DNA of 64,000 nt from assembly GCF_036321535.1 (NCBI RefSeq), contig NC_087437.1, positions 95,172,001 through 95,236,000 on the forward strand. The letters are read 5' to 3'. This document shows positions 26,021 to 38,869 of the stretch, in pieces. Positions within the stretch are counted from its first letter, which is position 1. The number at the start of each line of letters is the position of its first letter. The notes under the pieces are model-generated. The model was given only the letters and a program-made list of their open reading frames with translations, searched no databases and had not been told where the DNA came from. The translations under genes were made by a program, and so were the position numbers. The DNA comes from Camelus dromedarius (lineage: Eukaryota).

Positions 26021-28934
26021 GCTGATTTCTTTGGGATTTCTAGAGCCCACTTCAAAACACCTGGCTCACAATTGGGACTCACTTGATGCCTAACTCTTAA
26101 GGTAACCCTTTATGGTTAATTGCCTAAAGCATACAAAAGTTAAATTTTCAAAATTTCAAGTTTTTTAAGTCTGTCAATTAACCTACTAAAATTGCAAAAA
26201 CACATTTCCTTTTATCATATACACATGTCCAATAGTTGAAAAAATGAAACTTGTCTATGAGGCTACAATCTTTTTTATGTACACTTTCTCAGTACTTGTC
26301 ACATTCATTTGTTTCTCAATTTATTGCCTAATGATTATACCACCTATTTGAAACCTTAAAAAACAGCTTTCAGGAGGAGGAATATTATGTGAATAAATGT
26401 CATAAATAATATTTATCACCTGAGCTCTGATTGGAAGTTTTTTTTTTCCCCAATGGATGTAACTATGAATACAATTGTTTAAAAAATTCACTTGTTAATG
26501 CTGTAAACATTGTTCAAAAAGTCAAAAGCATAATTTGGAATGGAATTTTTAAAGAATTAGAGGTTGAATTTAGGACTGGCCCTTTAGGATTATAGAAAAC
26601 AGTGGTGATAATTTTCAAATGCCTGTTATCTTTTACAGATTGCACTGACTATCCAGAATGTGAAATATATTTTGGTCAAATGTAGATAATTCATTCAATT
26701 GTATGAAATATAATTTTTAAATAGAAATATTTTTTCTTTCAGTATACTCTAAACATAAACTATACCAAGGGAGATTGGATAATATTGTATATTTTTATTA
26801 AGTTGAACTGTACCTAAAGGTCAGGTCACACAGAAGGAGGTAGACTTTATGAGACATAGCTGGGGCTTTTGCAATTATTGGTTCTACACTAGCTGTTGGG
26901 AGAATTAATTGTATGTCTTTACAGTGTTTGGGTTACCTTGAAAAATCCAGTGACCTTTAAATTTATGATACAGTATTTTATCTCCCAAGATGACTTCCTT
27001 GTAATAAGCATAGGAGAGTTACTCAGCTTTAGATAGCTTTTATATTCTTCTGGTGACATGTTTATTCACTTTGTTTATGTGCTTGATCTTGGCCTTTTCC
27101 CCTGAATTTTTTAATACTTTTTTTTTTTTTTTTTTTGCTAGGGTATGATATTTACTATAGGTTCAATATACTTCTCAAGTTAGCTGAAGTTTTTGTGTTT
27201 CCTATAAAAATTTTACAGTAAGTCCTGGAAACAGCAATCCAGATTTCCTGTTCAAAACCCATTTCTGATGTTTAAAACTGTAAAGGAATTATGGCCATTA
27301 TGTAGATTACTTAGAAAATAGATCTTCCTTTTAGAATGTAATTTGTTACCCATGAAGCTTAAAAAAGTAGGAAGTTCTGGTAGGGCTTCATTTCTGAATA
27401 TTCCCTTGGAACTAACTATACTTTAACTTTTAAATGTTTTTCCCTCTTGGAATAATAAAAACAACATGTAAAAGTAATTTTTGTTCTGGGTGAAGTTTCC
27501 CAGTTTCATTTCCCTTAGTGTTTGAAAAGAAGAAGAAAAAAAAAAGATTGTACTAAATTTTCATCATTTTGAGTTCCTTTTGCAGTAAATCCTCATTCAT
27601 ATTAGGATGTTTGTTCAAATAAAAATCTTATTTTTTCTTTTTAATGATATTTAAAGTAGACTTTTCTTCCTTATTGTACTCTTGTCTGGGACCTAGTTTT
27701 AAAAGTTAAGCTTAACGTAATGCTTGTTATAGTAGTAACAATACTGCATGAATCCTGAGCAGAGAAGTTTCAAGACATATAATAATATGTGATATTATCT
27801 GAGCCACTGTAACTTTCAAGGACCATGTAATTTGAATAATTATGGTATAAAATATTATTGAAAAACCCACATGTCCTGGCAGTGCAGAGGTGTGCCAGTT
27901 GTTTAAGGCAAATTGTCAACCTAGGTAGTTCTCACAGGGTGACATAGGGGAATTCACCTTGCTGAACTTACAGTTACCCATTTCCTGCCAGATTTTGCTT
28001 GTTTGGAAATCTGCTTTTTAGCACTCCGAGAGTAGGTCTGTTTCTCAGAGTGGATGCCCGTTAATCAAGCTCAGGGAGACTTACTAGTACATAAGTCAGA
28101 ATGCTGACTGGGCCTGTGTTTGGGTTCTCCAAACACTTAACTTTTTTTCTCTATGGCCATAATACAAAGACATGCTCTCTTTGGGATGCTGCTGGGGTGA
28201 GCATGAAATCAGAATAAGTGATCAAATTATGCTTCAAATGTTTCATGACATTAGGCTTAGAGAACCTAATAATATCATCTTCAAAAGAGGCACTCTGTGT
28301 GCTCCCAAGACCAGGTACATCCCATGTTTATATATTGGCATGCTTCTCAGTGGACAGTGGTTGGATGATTAATCCCAGACAAAATCCTGTTTTACGATCC
28401 TCTTTTTGTCTATTATTTTGTTGGTCAGCTCCCATCCTTTCAAGTTATAACCTTCTTTTTTAGATATGTTATACCATTCTTTCAGAGTATTAGCAAAGTT
28501 TGGTGCCCTGGGAAACTTCTCATCCATTTGACCAAGGCCTTTTAAAATTTTGGCAAACTATAAAAATTAGTTGAAATATATGAAAGGAATCTATAATCTT
28601 CACTGCATTTTTATTAGATAAGGCTTTATATTAAAATTGTATACAATTTCCAACATGTATACAATTTTAAAAAACTTTTATTAGTTGCCATAAAAGACTT
28701 ATTTGGAAGTTGTAATGTAAATTTTTAATTCTTATTTTTAGTTAAAAGAGTTCATTGCTTGTTTTTGATTATAAAAGTAAAACTAGTATGTGCTCTTCCA
28801 GGAAGAATCATGGACCACATAAATGGATAAAGAAGGAAGGGGAATTCCACCATAATCCTGCCACACAGAGGAAGCCACTCTGTATTTTGGCATGTTTCTT
28901 TTTTAACAAAAATATACTTGCCTCTGAAGTGATT

Positions 28935-29372
28935 ACATTAGTGAGACTTCTTAGAGAAACAGAAATAATAGAACATCTATATATAGGAGAGATATATAAA
29001 CAACAGATTATTAGAAAGAATGTTTTATTTTAAGGAATTGGCTTACATGATTGAGGGGGCTGGGAAGTGTGAAAAGTCTGCAGGGCTGGAGACCCAAGAC
29101 TTAATGTTTCAATCTTGAGTCTGGAGGCTCAATTCCTTTGTGTGTTGGGTGGGGGGAGGGAAGAGAAAAGGGATCTCAGCCTTTGCTCTGCAGGCCTCTA
29201 AGTGATTGGATAAGGCCCACCCACATTATGAAGGGTGTTCTGCTTTACTTAAAGTCTACTGATTTAAATATTGTGTCTAAAAAATACCTTTACAGCAACA
29301 TCTAGACTGCTCTTGACCAAATAACTGGGTACCATTGCTTAGCCAAGTTGACACATAAAATTAACTGTCACA
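28935..29372 (-). mobile_element. MLT2 (ERVL) solo LTR
   Basis: ttttaaggaattggcttacatgatt...gattggataaggcccacccacattatgaaggg...agccaagttgacacataaaattaactgtcaca. Confidence 0.88.
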
Positions 29373-29388
29373 GGAATCTTATATTATA

Positions 29389-30424
29389 CAGTTGACCCTT
29401 GAACAACATGAGAGTTGGTGTGCTGATCCCCCACATAGTCAGAAATCCATGTATAACTTTTCAGTCCCCCAAAACTTAACTGCTCATAGCCTACTGTTGC
29501 CCAGAGGCTTTACTGATAAAAAGAGTCCATTAACACATATTTGGTATATGTATCATACACTGTATTCTTACAATAAAGTAAACTAGAGAAAAGAAAATGT
29601 TATTAAAAATCACAAGGAAAAGAAAATACATTTACAGTATGTACTGTATCAGTACAGTAAGTTTATGTTACAAGATGAATTGTCTCCCTGTCGTTTCCTG
29701 TATCAGTATTGTCTTGTATGATGCAAAACACTGTAGATATTACATGCGTTAATGGCAGTACACTTCAAAAATGAAAAGATAATGTGAAAAAGAAACTCAT
29801 ATTTATTTACAGGTATAACAATTGTGCATTGGTAATGAAGAAGCAGTGATATGATTGCTTTGCAGTAGCCTAGTATAATCGGTCTTTTTGCTTCATGATA
29901 GCTTACCCTATACACGAATGAATAGTTATAAAATTTTTATTATATTATATAAAAGCATACAGTATTACAGTCATGCTCATAATACAGTATTGGAAACACT
30001 TGCATTTTTAAAGTCACTTAACCTGTGATGATAGGCTGCACTGTTTGCCCAATTATGAGAGAGGCATACTATATAGCAATGTAATTCTTTGAAAGCAGAT
30101 ATAAAACAGTGAAAAAATTAGCACAATATTAATTTTATATTAAATATCACCTTATACCTATGTAGATAGACTATAATCTACATATATTTTATGCATTTAT
30201 GACACACTTGACTTTTTCTTAATTTTTTTAGTATTTCTAGGCTTTGTGATTTGTCTGCAAGTTTTTTCAAATTGTTACAAATCTCCAAAAAATTCTTCAA
30301 CATGTCTGGGAGTTTTTTCAAATTGTCACAAAGTTCCAAAATTTTTTTCAATGTATTTATTGAAAAAAATCTGTGTATAAGTAGACCTACACAGTTCAAA
30401 TGCATGTTGTTCAAGAGTCAACTG
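29389..30424. mobile_element. Tigger2-family internally deleted DNA transposon (~1.04 kb)
   Basis: Terminal inverted repeats cagttgacccttgaacaacatg / catgttgttcaagagtcaactg, both flanked by TA; no transposase ORF in the track. Confidence 0.92.
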
Positions 30425-30659
30425 TATATATCACATTTATATTAATATAAAATGCGTTATATGCACATACACGTGTACACTATATATATATATACACACT
30501 ATGTGTAGTGTGTGTGTATGTGATGTTCCCTACTTTCCTTGTCTCCTTTGTGTTCAACTGTTGCTTACCTTACCTCCTCTTCTCTCCTGCCCTGTCACCT
30601 CTGCTCCTTTTCTTCCCTCCACCCTCCTTCCCTCCCCTTTCCTGCTCTTCCAGTTACTC

Positions 30660-31190
30660 ATGTAACTGATGACTCCCAGAACTGTCTTCTAAACCACAGA
30701 CTCATCAGTACCAAATGCTTACTATCATCTTTGCTTGAACCTCCTACAGTCACCTAAAAAAAGTCTAAAATTGAATCTATTTTCTCTTCAAGTTTGTTTC
30801 TTCTTTTTTTCTTGTTTCAATGAATGTAATTGGCCCAGGCTATTTTTAATGTCACCTTCTTCTTTTCTATCTATTAGCTATCCCTGTTCCCATTCAGTAG
30901 TGGCCACCATGAGTGGAATCTGTTGACCAAATACCTCAAAATCCATCACCACCACTTGACATTTCTTAACTAGTGCCTCTACATATAGTCTCCATCCCCT
31001 TGAAACTGTTTCCTCATTGCCATTGTAAAAATCTATTTGATATGCAAATCTAATCTCATCATTTACTTCCTAAAAATCTCTCAAAGGGCCCTCATTGTCT
31101 TCATGGTAAAATCCAAATCCCTTAGCCTGTTAACCAATGTCTTTTATGATTTGATCCCTACCTAACACCCTTGTCTTATTTATAGACACC
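30660..31190 (+). mobile_element. L2 LINE fragment
   Basis: ctgatgactcccag, atgcaaatctaatctcatc, gtaaaatccaaatcccttagcc. Confidence 0.65.
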
Positions 31191-32267
31191 TTCTGTCTCA
31201 TTGCTAAAATAACAGGGCATCAAATAGTGATGACAAAGAATGGAACAGTGGGCAAGCATTAAGTGTTTTTAATGAAAAATTATGATAAGGTGGAATTAAA
31301 TCATAATGCCAGCCACGTTGTTTTTCTAATTTTTGTTTTGTGACTTCTTAATTTTGTTTGAATTGCTAGTCTCCTGTTAAAAGGTTTTGTCACTGGAAGT
31401 ATTATTTAATATGAGTTGTTATAACATATTACAGGAAGTAGAATTGACATTAGCATACAGAAAAGAGAAATCTGTTATAATGATAAAGATTCTTGCTTAA
31501 TTGGAGTCAAATATTTTTCAGAGGTTTAAAGTACTCCTTCCCACAAATCATCTTTGCACTTCTGCTTAACATGTATTAAATTGCTTTGCTTAATTATAAA
31601 TATCCTATAATATTAATGAGATCTTTAAGTGGCTTTAGGGATTGATAGAAACCATTAAAAATGAATGCATATTAGAAGTTATGTTTCATTTCCTAGGAAC
31701 TGATTCTAAATTAAAACATGGTTTAAATTTCTGGGAAGCTACACACATTGGTTTAATGCATTGCTTAAATTTATAATATATGGAGAGATTATTATTTATA
31801 ACCTTCTTGATAACTAGCATGAGCACCCCATAAGTGCTTCCCAATAATGTTATAGTATATTATATTTAGAAAAATCACTAAATCTTCAATATTTTTAAAA
31901 TAAGAAAATCAATGGTGTTGCTTGACAGTCTATAAATGATTCTGGATTAAATGAAGTGAATTAATCTGAAAAAAATGAAAATCTCAACAGCAAAGACTGC
32001 CGTACTTTTTTCAAAAAGTTATCTATGCTTTTTATTGCTTTATTTTTAATAACTGTATTAACTTTTTTGTATTTTTCATATCTTACATTGTTGAGGATCA
32101 ATTAGTAATGGTTTATTATGCTAACATACATTTTATAAAACTGACTTTCATATTCTCAAGTGCTTTCAGTTGCCCTTTCCAAATAAATTCATACCTTATC
32201 TGTAAGAATTATTAGCCATATTTTACAGATAAACATATAGTAAAAAAAAAAAAAAAAAACAAATCAA

Positions 32268-32410
32268 CAATTATTGAATGCTCTCTGTATGCCAGAAGCT
32301 GTGCTGAGTATTTGCATGGAGTATATTTAATCTTCACAATGCCTTATAATGAGGAAAGTGAGACATACAGTTATAACATGATATAATGAAGAGATAAACT
32401 GGGGTTCAGG
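32268..32410 (-). mobile_element. MIR SINE fragment
   Basis: ttattgaatgctctctgtatgccag...atttaatcttcacaat...atgaggaaagtgagac. Confidence 0.7.
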
Positions 32411-32544
32411 AGACCTTGGTTCCTGCCAAAGCTTCTAATAAACATGTGTTTTTGAGAACACTTCCTATGCTTCCCTACAAGTGACTGAAGGGAGTTGGTT
32501 AAGATCCCTTAAGCCTCTGTCTTTGTAAAGCATTGCTTCACTGA

Positions 32545-33825
32545 ACGGCCGACTCAACATCTCTGTGCAAGATCTAGAAGACACCTCGAGCTCACTGTGT
32601 CCAAAACAAATCTCTGAAGACTGCTCCACTTTCAGACTCCCAGCTCAGTAAATGGAAATTTCATCTTCTAGTTGCTCAGTTTAAATGCCATAAAATCATC
32701 CTTGACTCCTGTCTTCCTTTCACGTGCCTCATCGAATCCATCAGCAAATCCTGTCATCTCCTCCTTCAGCATGCATCCAGGCTCTTATGCTGTTCTTCCA
32801 TCACCAATGGTGTGGCAGACCGAGGCACCAGCTTCTTTATCTGAATTACTGCATCACCACCTAAGTGGCCTCCTGCTTCCATCCCTGCCCAATCCCCACA
32901 CCCCTCTCTTCTCAAAGCAGATAGAGTGGACCTTTTTGTTTTTTAATTTTTTTTTTTAATGCTCACTGTCTGTCTTTTTTTTTTAATTGAAATATAGTTG
33001 GTTTGCAATGTTGTGTTAATTTCTGGTGTACGGCATAGTGATTCAGTCATACATTTATATACGTCTATATATTCCTTTTCATATATATATTCCTTTTCAT
33101 ATTCTTTTTCATTATAGGCTATTACAAAATATTTAATATAGTTCCCTGTGTGATACAGTAGGACCTTGTTGTTTATGTATTTTATGTATAATAGTTAGTA
33201 CCTGCAAATCCCAAACTCCCAATTTACCTCCCAACTCCCCATTTCCCTGTGGTAACCATAGGTTTGTTTTCTATGTCTCTGAGTCTGTTTCTGTTTTGTA
33301 AATAAGTTCATTTGTGTCTTTTTTTAGATTCCACATATAAAGGATATCATATGGTATTTTTCTAGAGTGATACTTTAAAACTGTAAGTCACTCCATGTTC
33401 TGCTCTAAACTCTTGCAAAATCTCACCTTGTATCAGAGTCAAGGCTTCACATGACTGTGGACCTGACACGATCTCTGCTCTCACCCCTGCTGCCTCTCTC
33501 TGATCCTGATTTCCCCAGTAGGCTCACTTCTCTCCAGGCTAGCAGGACACCTTCTGCCCGGGTGGTTCCCCAGATGCGCACTGGGTTCGCACCCTTACTT
33601 CTTTTAAATCTGTGCTGCACAAAAGTCATGAAAACAAGATTCCTCTGATTTCCTGTGTGACAGAGCAACCTACACCCTCACCCTGTACACTCTTACCCTT
33701 TCATGGCTGCTTTAGATTTTCTGCTTAACACTTAGCACCATGAGGGGCAAGGACTCCATGTCCTTTGTTTACTGTTTTATCCTCAGGACCTAGAACAAAT
33801 TTATTTGAATGAATGATGGATTGAA
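32545..33825 (+). mobile_element. L2a LINE 3' region, split by an L1 insertion
   Basis: ctcagtaaatgg, tcatccttgactcc, aatccatcagcaaatcctg; resumes at 33363 with agagtgatactttaaaa; ends tttgaatgaatga. Confidence 0.8.
32975..33362 (-). mobile_element. L1 3' UTR end (artiodactyl/camelid-type)
   Basis: poly(T), aattgaaatatagttg...atagttccctgtgtgatacagtaggacc...ggtaaccataggtttgttttc...tagattccacatataa. Confidence 0.88.
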
Positions 33826-34344
33826 TGGAAATATTTCCTACTGAAGTTGTGATATAACTCTTCAAATATTTCTACTTTTATAGGTGGAATGAAGAAGTAA
33901 AGTTAACAAACTTCCCCTTTTCTTTAAAACAGCTAACAGGCCAGTTTAAACTAATACATTTCTTTGATTTTTGAGAAAACATAAAATCATTGAATATTTC
34001 TTGCAGCATCCATGATGCCAATGCCGTAGTTCATTTGCAGAAAAATAACAAGGTTCTTTATCATTCAAAATGTACAGTTTGGTTTTATGGGGAAAAATGT
34101 AACAAGAATAAATGGAAAAAAAATTTCAGAAGGCTACTTAGTTGTCTGATAATTCTTATAATCGTTTGGCAGGTTTCCCTTTTCCAGACACACTGTTGTT
34201 ACACACACACACACAAATATATATGTATTTCTGCTTTCAGATGAAAGAAAAGATCATTAAAAGCATTACACTTATACACACACACACAAATATATATAAA
34301 TTACCTTTTCTTTCACCTGAAAGCAGAAATCACTGCAAACGAAC

Positions 34345-34575
34345 AGTGAAGAATTTTGAGACTGAAATGAGCTGATCTAGTTCTATTTCATCTTTAACTT
34401 GGTGTGTGGCCTTGAAGAAGTGATGTGCCCTTACCAAGCCAGGGCTCTTATCTCTAAAACAGGCGTAATAATAGGTGTAATACCACTCTCTTACCTGCCT
34501 GCCTGGGTTGTTAAGGTTAATGAGATAATGACTGTTAAGAACTTTGAAGTACTTGGAAGGAAAGTGTTGTTAATA
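34345..34575 (+). mobile_element. MIR SINE
   Basis: gtgtggccttgaagaagt...cttatctctaaaacaggcgtaataata...gggttgttaaggttaatgagataatg. Confidence 0.75.
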
Positions 34576-36754
34576 AGAGAAGCGGAGTCTTAACATTTTT
34601 CTGATACTTATAATTATTTTGGAAGCATGCCCTGTCCAGGTATTTTGCCACAGCTTCCCTGACAGATTCACGGAAGCACATTTGCCCTCCTGAGACAGTT
34701 GTTTTGAGGTACAGCTTCAGGTGCTCCACATGGTGGCACAGCTAATCTCTAAGATCTACCAGCTTTACACATGTGTTTTGAGTACAGCGATTAAAAGGAA
34801 ACAAACTGTGGACTGAGATATTTCTGGCACTTATTATGGAAGATACACATTTGCCAAATTCCCATTTTCCATTATAGCAATTAGAAACTCTTTTAGAAGT
34901 ACCTGTCCAAGGTAAACTTGGTTTCTTAAGAAGTTATATTCCACCCTTTGCGTGATGTCTTTTAGTCAAGATAATATCTCTGGAGTGGTTATCTCTAAGA
35001 ATCTAAGAGGATTTCCCCTTCACTTGCTTGTTTTAAAAATCATTTCATTTTTCAGCCTGGAGCCTAGATTTGGTGAATCGATTCCCCTGTTCTATTTAAG
35101 GACTGTTTTTATTAATGCACTTTTCAAGCCGAGACGCAGCATTATCGCCTGCTCGATCGTTGTACTAAGTGTTGAGATCTGAGCAGGCCAGCTGTAACAG
35201 CTGTGTTTCCCCTTGGATCTGAAGCTAAAAACTTTCATCTCCTTTGCTGTCTCAGCTGCTGGTCTGAGGCTATGGCCTTCCCATAACTCAAACCAGTTTC
35301 AAAGCAACGTAAGTAACCTCTTTGGAATGCTTTTGGAAAACCACAGAAAGGTTTTTTAAAAGTACACCACTTATATACTTTAAATGAATGTTTCCATTTT
35401 AAGGTAATAGCAGCATAATGTCAGGAGTCAACGCATGGTACTTAACTACACTATGAACATAGTGTAGGCTTGTCTAAATAGACCAATTAAAAAAAAAAAA
35501 AGAAAAGAACCAGCAAAGATTAGAATCCTTAAAATGATCTCATAGATGTGGAATCTATGAAGACTATATTTTCCAAAATTCTATTTCTAGAGGAACATTT
35601 TCTATAGGCCTGAAGATTTTTTTTTCCTGTTTGAAGATTGTGTGAAAGGATGCTGTCATCAAAAATGAGAATAGTATTGATCACTTTAACTGGGGAAATG
35701 CGTGGTATTCACAGGGAGGCATTTCAGACTGGACTCTGGTTTACTTGGGGAGTGAGGAGGATCAGATTTGCATGCATTCGAATAGCAATTCGTTATGTCA
35801 AATCATCAATGCAAGAAAATGTGACTGATGATTTATAAGATTAAAGGTCATTTTAGTGAAGGTTGACGTTTTACCTCCAAGTCTGGGCAAGAAGAAAACT
35901 TTCGGTTTTTTATATTTGTCTTGTCTTCACAGAGGAAATTGTCCCTCCAAACCTCACTTGTTCTGATGTCGTGGTGACTGAACTAAAGAAGGGCTCCTAG
36001 ATGCAGTTTGTTTGTAATTACAAAAGAGATTACTAATTAGATTTTACATTTATATCTTTCTTACCGTCTCCCTAGTGTTTAGTGGCAGGAAGAAGCCCTC
36101 ATCCTAGGGCACTGGCAGAAGAAACGAAATCTTTGGGGCTAATTTAAGTGTCCAGTTGATGTTATATATAAAAATAAGCCAAATTCCAATATTTCAGAGT
36201 CTCCAAAGGCCACCTTTACAAACCAGCAAAGGAGAGCGCACTACCATAATCCCGGGAAAATAATTTACTTGCCTTAAGAATTCTGAACACATTGTTTTTT
36301 CAGTGATTTACTGCGCAGATTTTAAAGCTTCTCCTCATAATCACTTGTATTACCTTATCTGGAAAGCAGCTTATTGCAGTCCTCCCGAGCGACTGCCTGC
36401 GCTCCCGGGGGATTAAAGCATGTAGACATGCTATCACTTTCCCCTCTGGAGCCTCCCCAGACATTATGGGCATTCTCGTTCGCTGCTAGTGACCTATTCT
36501 TGAACCTCTGCCACTCAAAGCCTGCATTTGCTCCTGTAGTATTCAGAGTGGCTTTAAAACAAAAAATTCTACCCCCCCTTATGAAAATATTTTCTATCAT
36601 TTAGTCAATTCCTTTTCAATAAACTTTTTTTTTCTTTAGGAAGTACAAATACATATATCTATGTCTATATCCATATATATATATATATACACAGATATGT
36701 ACATATATATCACACACAATGAAATATATATACATAAAGGAAAACAGAAATAGA

Positions 36755-37032
36755 CTGCAAGGTACAAATGTGAGCCACATGTGTAATTTTAAATTTTATA
36801 GTAGCCACATTACAAGGGAGGAAGAAAAACGTGAAACCAATCTTAATGTTTCATTTATTCAATATCAAAAATAGTAACAGGATTTCAAAGTGAAATCAAT
36901 GTAAAATTATTAATGAAATTGACATATTTTTTTCCATACTAAGTCTTCAAAATAGGTGAATTTTATACTCACAGCACATCCTGATTAATAATAGTTAACT
37001 CACACATGTGGTTACCTTACTGGAAAGTACAA
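36755..37032. mobile_element. MER33-like (hAT-Charlie) DNA transposon
   Basis: aatgtgagccacatgtgtaattttaaattttatagtagccacatta...catactaagtcttcaaaat...ttttatactcacagcacatc. Confidence 0.8.
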
Positions 37033-38869
37033 GAATACATATATACCTAAAGACTGTTTTGAGGTAAGTCCTTAGGGAGAGTCTCAGAATTCTAATCAAG
37101 TCAAATTTTGACCATTTTTTTCTTCGACCCCTGTAAGTATAACTTATAAATAATCTTTTATTTTAACAAAATTACTTTAGATGTAGACATATCTTTAAAA
37201 ATAGTATTGATCCATTAAGATAATACACACATTTTTTGGTGGTGCACTTAACCCTACACCCTCCATGTTCCAAAGTCTGGTTTGGAGGAATTTCAAGGTG
37301 TTACTCAAACCCAGGTAGAAGCTGGATTCTTTAATTATTAACACATGGGACCATCCTAGCTTCTATGTTATTTACTGAATGTATGCTCTCTTGACTGTAT
37401 TGAAAATATATGGAAAAACTGGCATTTAAAACCTTTTAAATGTTAGAACTTGACTTCACACTTGTATTTTGTGATATTTATACTGAGAACCGTGATGCAA
37501 GACAGGTGGATTTTCAGGTGAGATGAAAGAACAGCAAGGGCGATCTTGCCCACGCACAAGGTTTCCCTGAACCCTCTAACTGATTTGCCCTTTGCTCATA
37601 AATCTTTCGTCATGGTCAACACAAAGACTAGTATTGATCTGCCAGTGAGCTATCTTGTCATCTCTAGGTTTGGGTCCTTTGACCTTTTATTTGTTCCTGT
37701 AAAATTATGGTGAAGCACAAACTTCTTTTCTAATAGATCCTTTAAACTTTAAAAGGCCAGGAGTCTCTGTGAGAATGTATTAAACAGTTGGATAATCCAG
37801 AAAAAGGGAGTACAAATAATTGCAGACAGCTAAAGGTCAGAAAAATCCTTACTGAGTTCAAAATCACAAACACATTCTCTTAGGAGGAAAGGACTGAAAA
37901 GGAGAAGGTCTGAGTTTCATTTCATCCTAGCTAAATTCACTTTGAGTTTCTTAGGAAAACTTGTCAGATATGCATTTTCTTCATAGTAGCTGAGTGGGGG
38001 ACAAAGTGAATTTTAGAATGTGACTGAATTTTAAAGTGGAAAGGGAACACAAACACAGCAATTTAAACAAGTGTAACATATCCAGATGGAATGATCACAA
38101 TTTATTTCTCAAAATACTGATACTGGCATAAAGTGATTTCAGTGGAGCTCATAGTCTTCTTGGTGCTTTTTGTCACACACACATGGAGGTGAGCCCCCGA
38201 AACTGACTTACAGGGAAGCTAAAGATAGTTTCAGTAGACTGAATCTGAATGAAATAAATGTGGAATCAAGATTTTAGCTTTCATTCATCTTATTTCATAT
38301 CCTTTCACTCAATTTGTTGAGAATGTAATTTATTATACCAGCCTAGCACCTGATAATTTCTCTGCTACAGATGTATTTTATATATTTCCTGCAGGGGAAT
38401 TCTTTTTGAAGTTTAGTTTCTGGAATTAGTTTTTGCTATAGATCTGCCTATGAAAAAGAATGAAAGTTAGCTTTCACTTTATATTGTACTATTTATTTCT
38501 AGCTCACACTATAGCTCGTATTAAAACTTTTAGAGAAATACATTACTGTTGAAAGATGTTTTTCTCTGAGACATGTTTACCTGGTACTTACTTGTCCCAG
38601 GTGATGCCAAAATGCTGTTATCTGTACAACTATAACTAGATAATGGGACATCAGAGAACTTTCTAGAGAGTTCAAGTGTATAAATCAAGAATGTTGGGTA
38701 AAGTATATTTAAAAAAGAATTCACTCCTCCTTAATAGTCTTTTGCTAAGACATACAGCACTGCTTGGAAAGGGAATCATGAATTTAAATTGGACTTCACG
38801 GAAGGTGATCTCAGTCTCCTAATCGGGATGAATGAAGCCCTGATTTTCAAGTCTGAGAATCAGATTATT

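Noticed and set aside
27079..27090. tgtgcttgatct, a partial match to miR-218
   Set aside because: Only 12 nt match and no hairpin evident
30178..30445. ORFs with repeated LE(L/I)C(D/N)NLKKL, superficially leucine-rich-repeat-like
   Set aside because: Translation of the ~51-bp duplication inside the Tigger2 element
36417..36433. p53-like paired CATG
   Set aside because: CATG cores are 4 nt apart rather than the 6 expected for adjacent p53 half-sites
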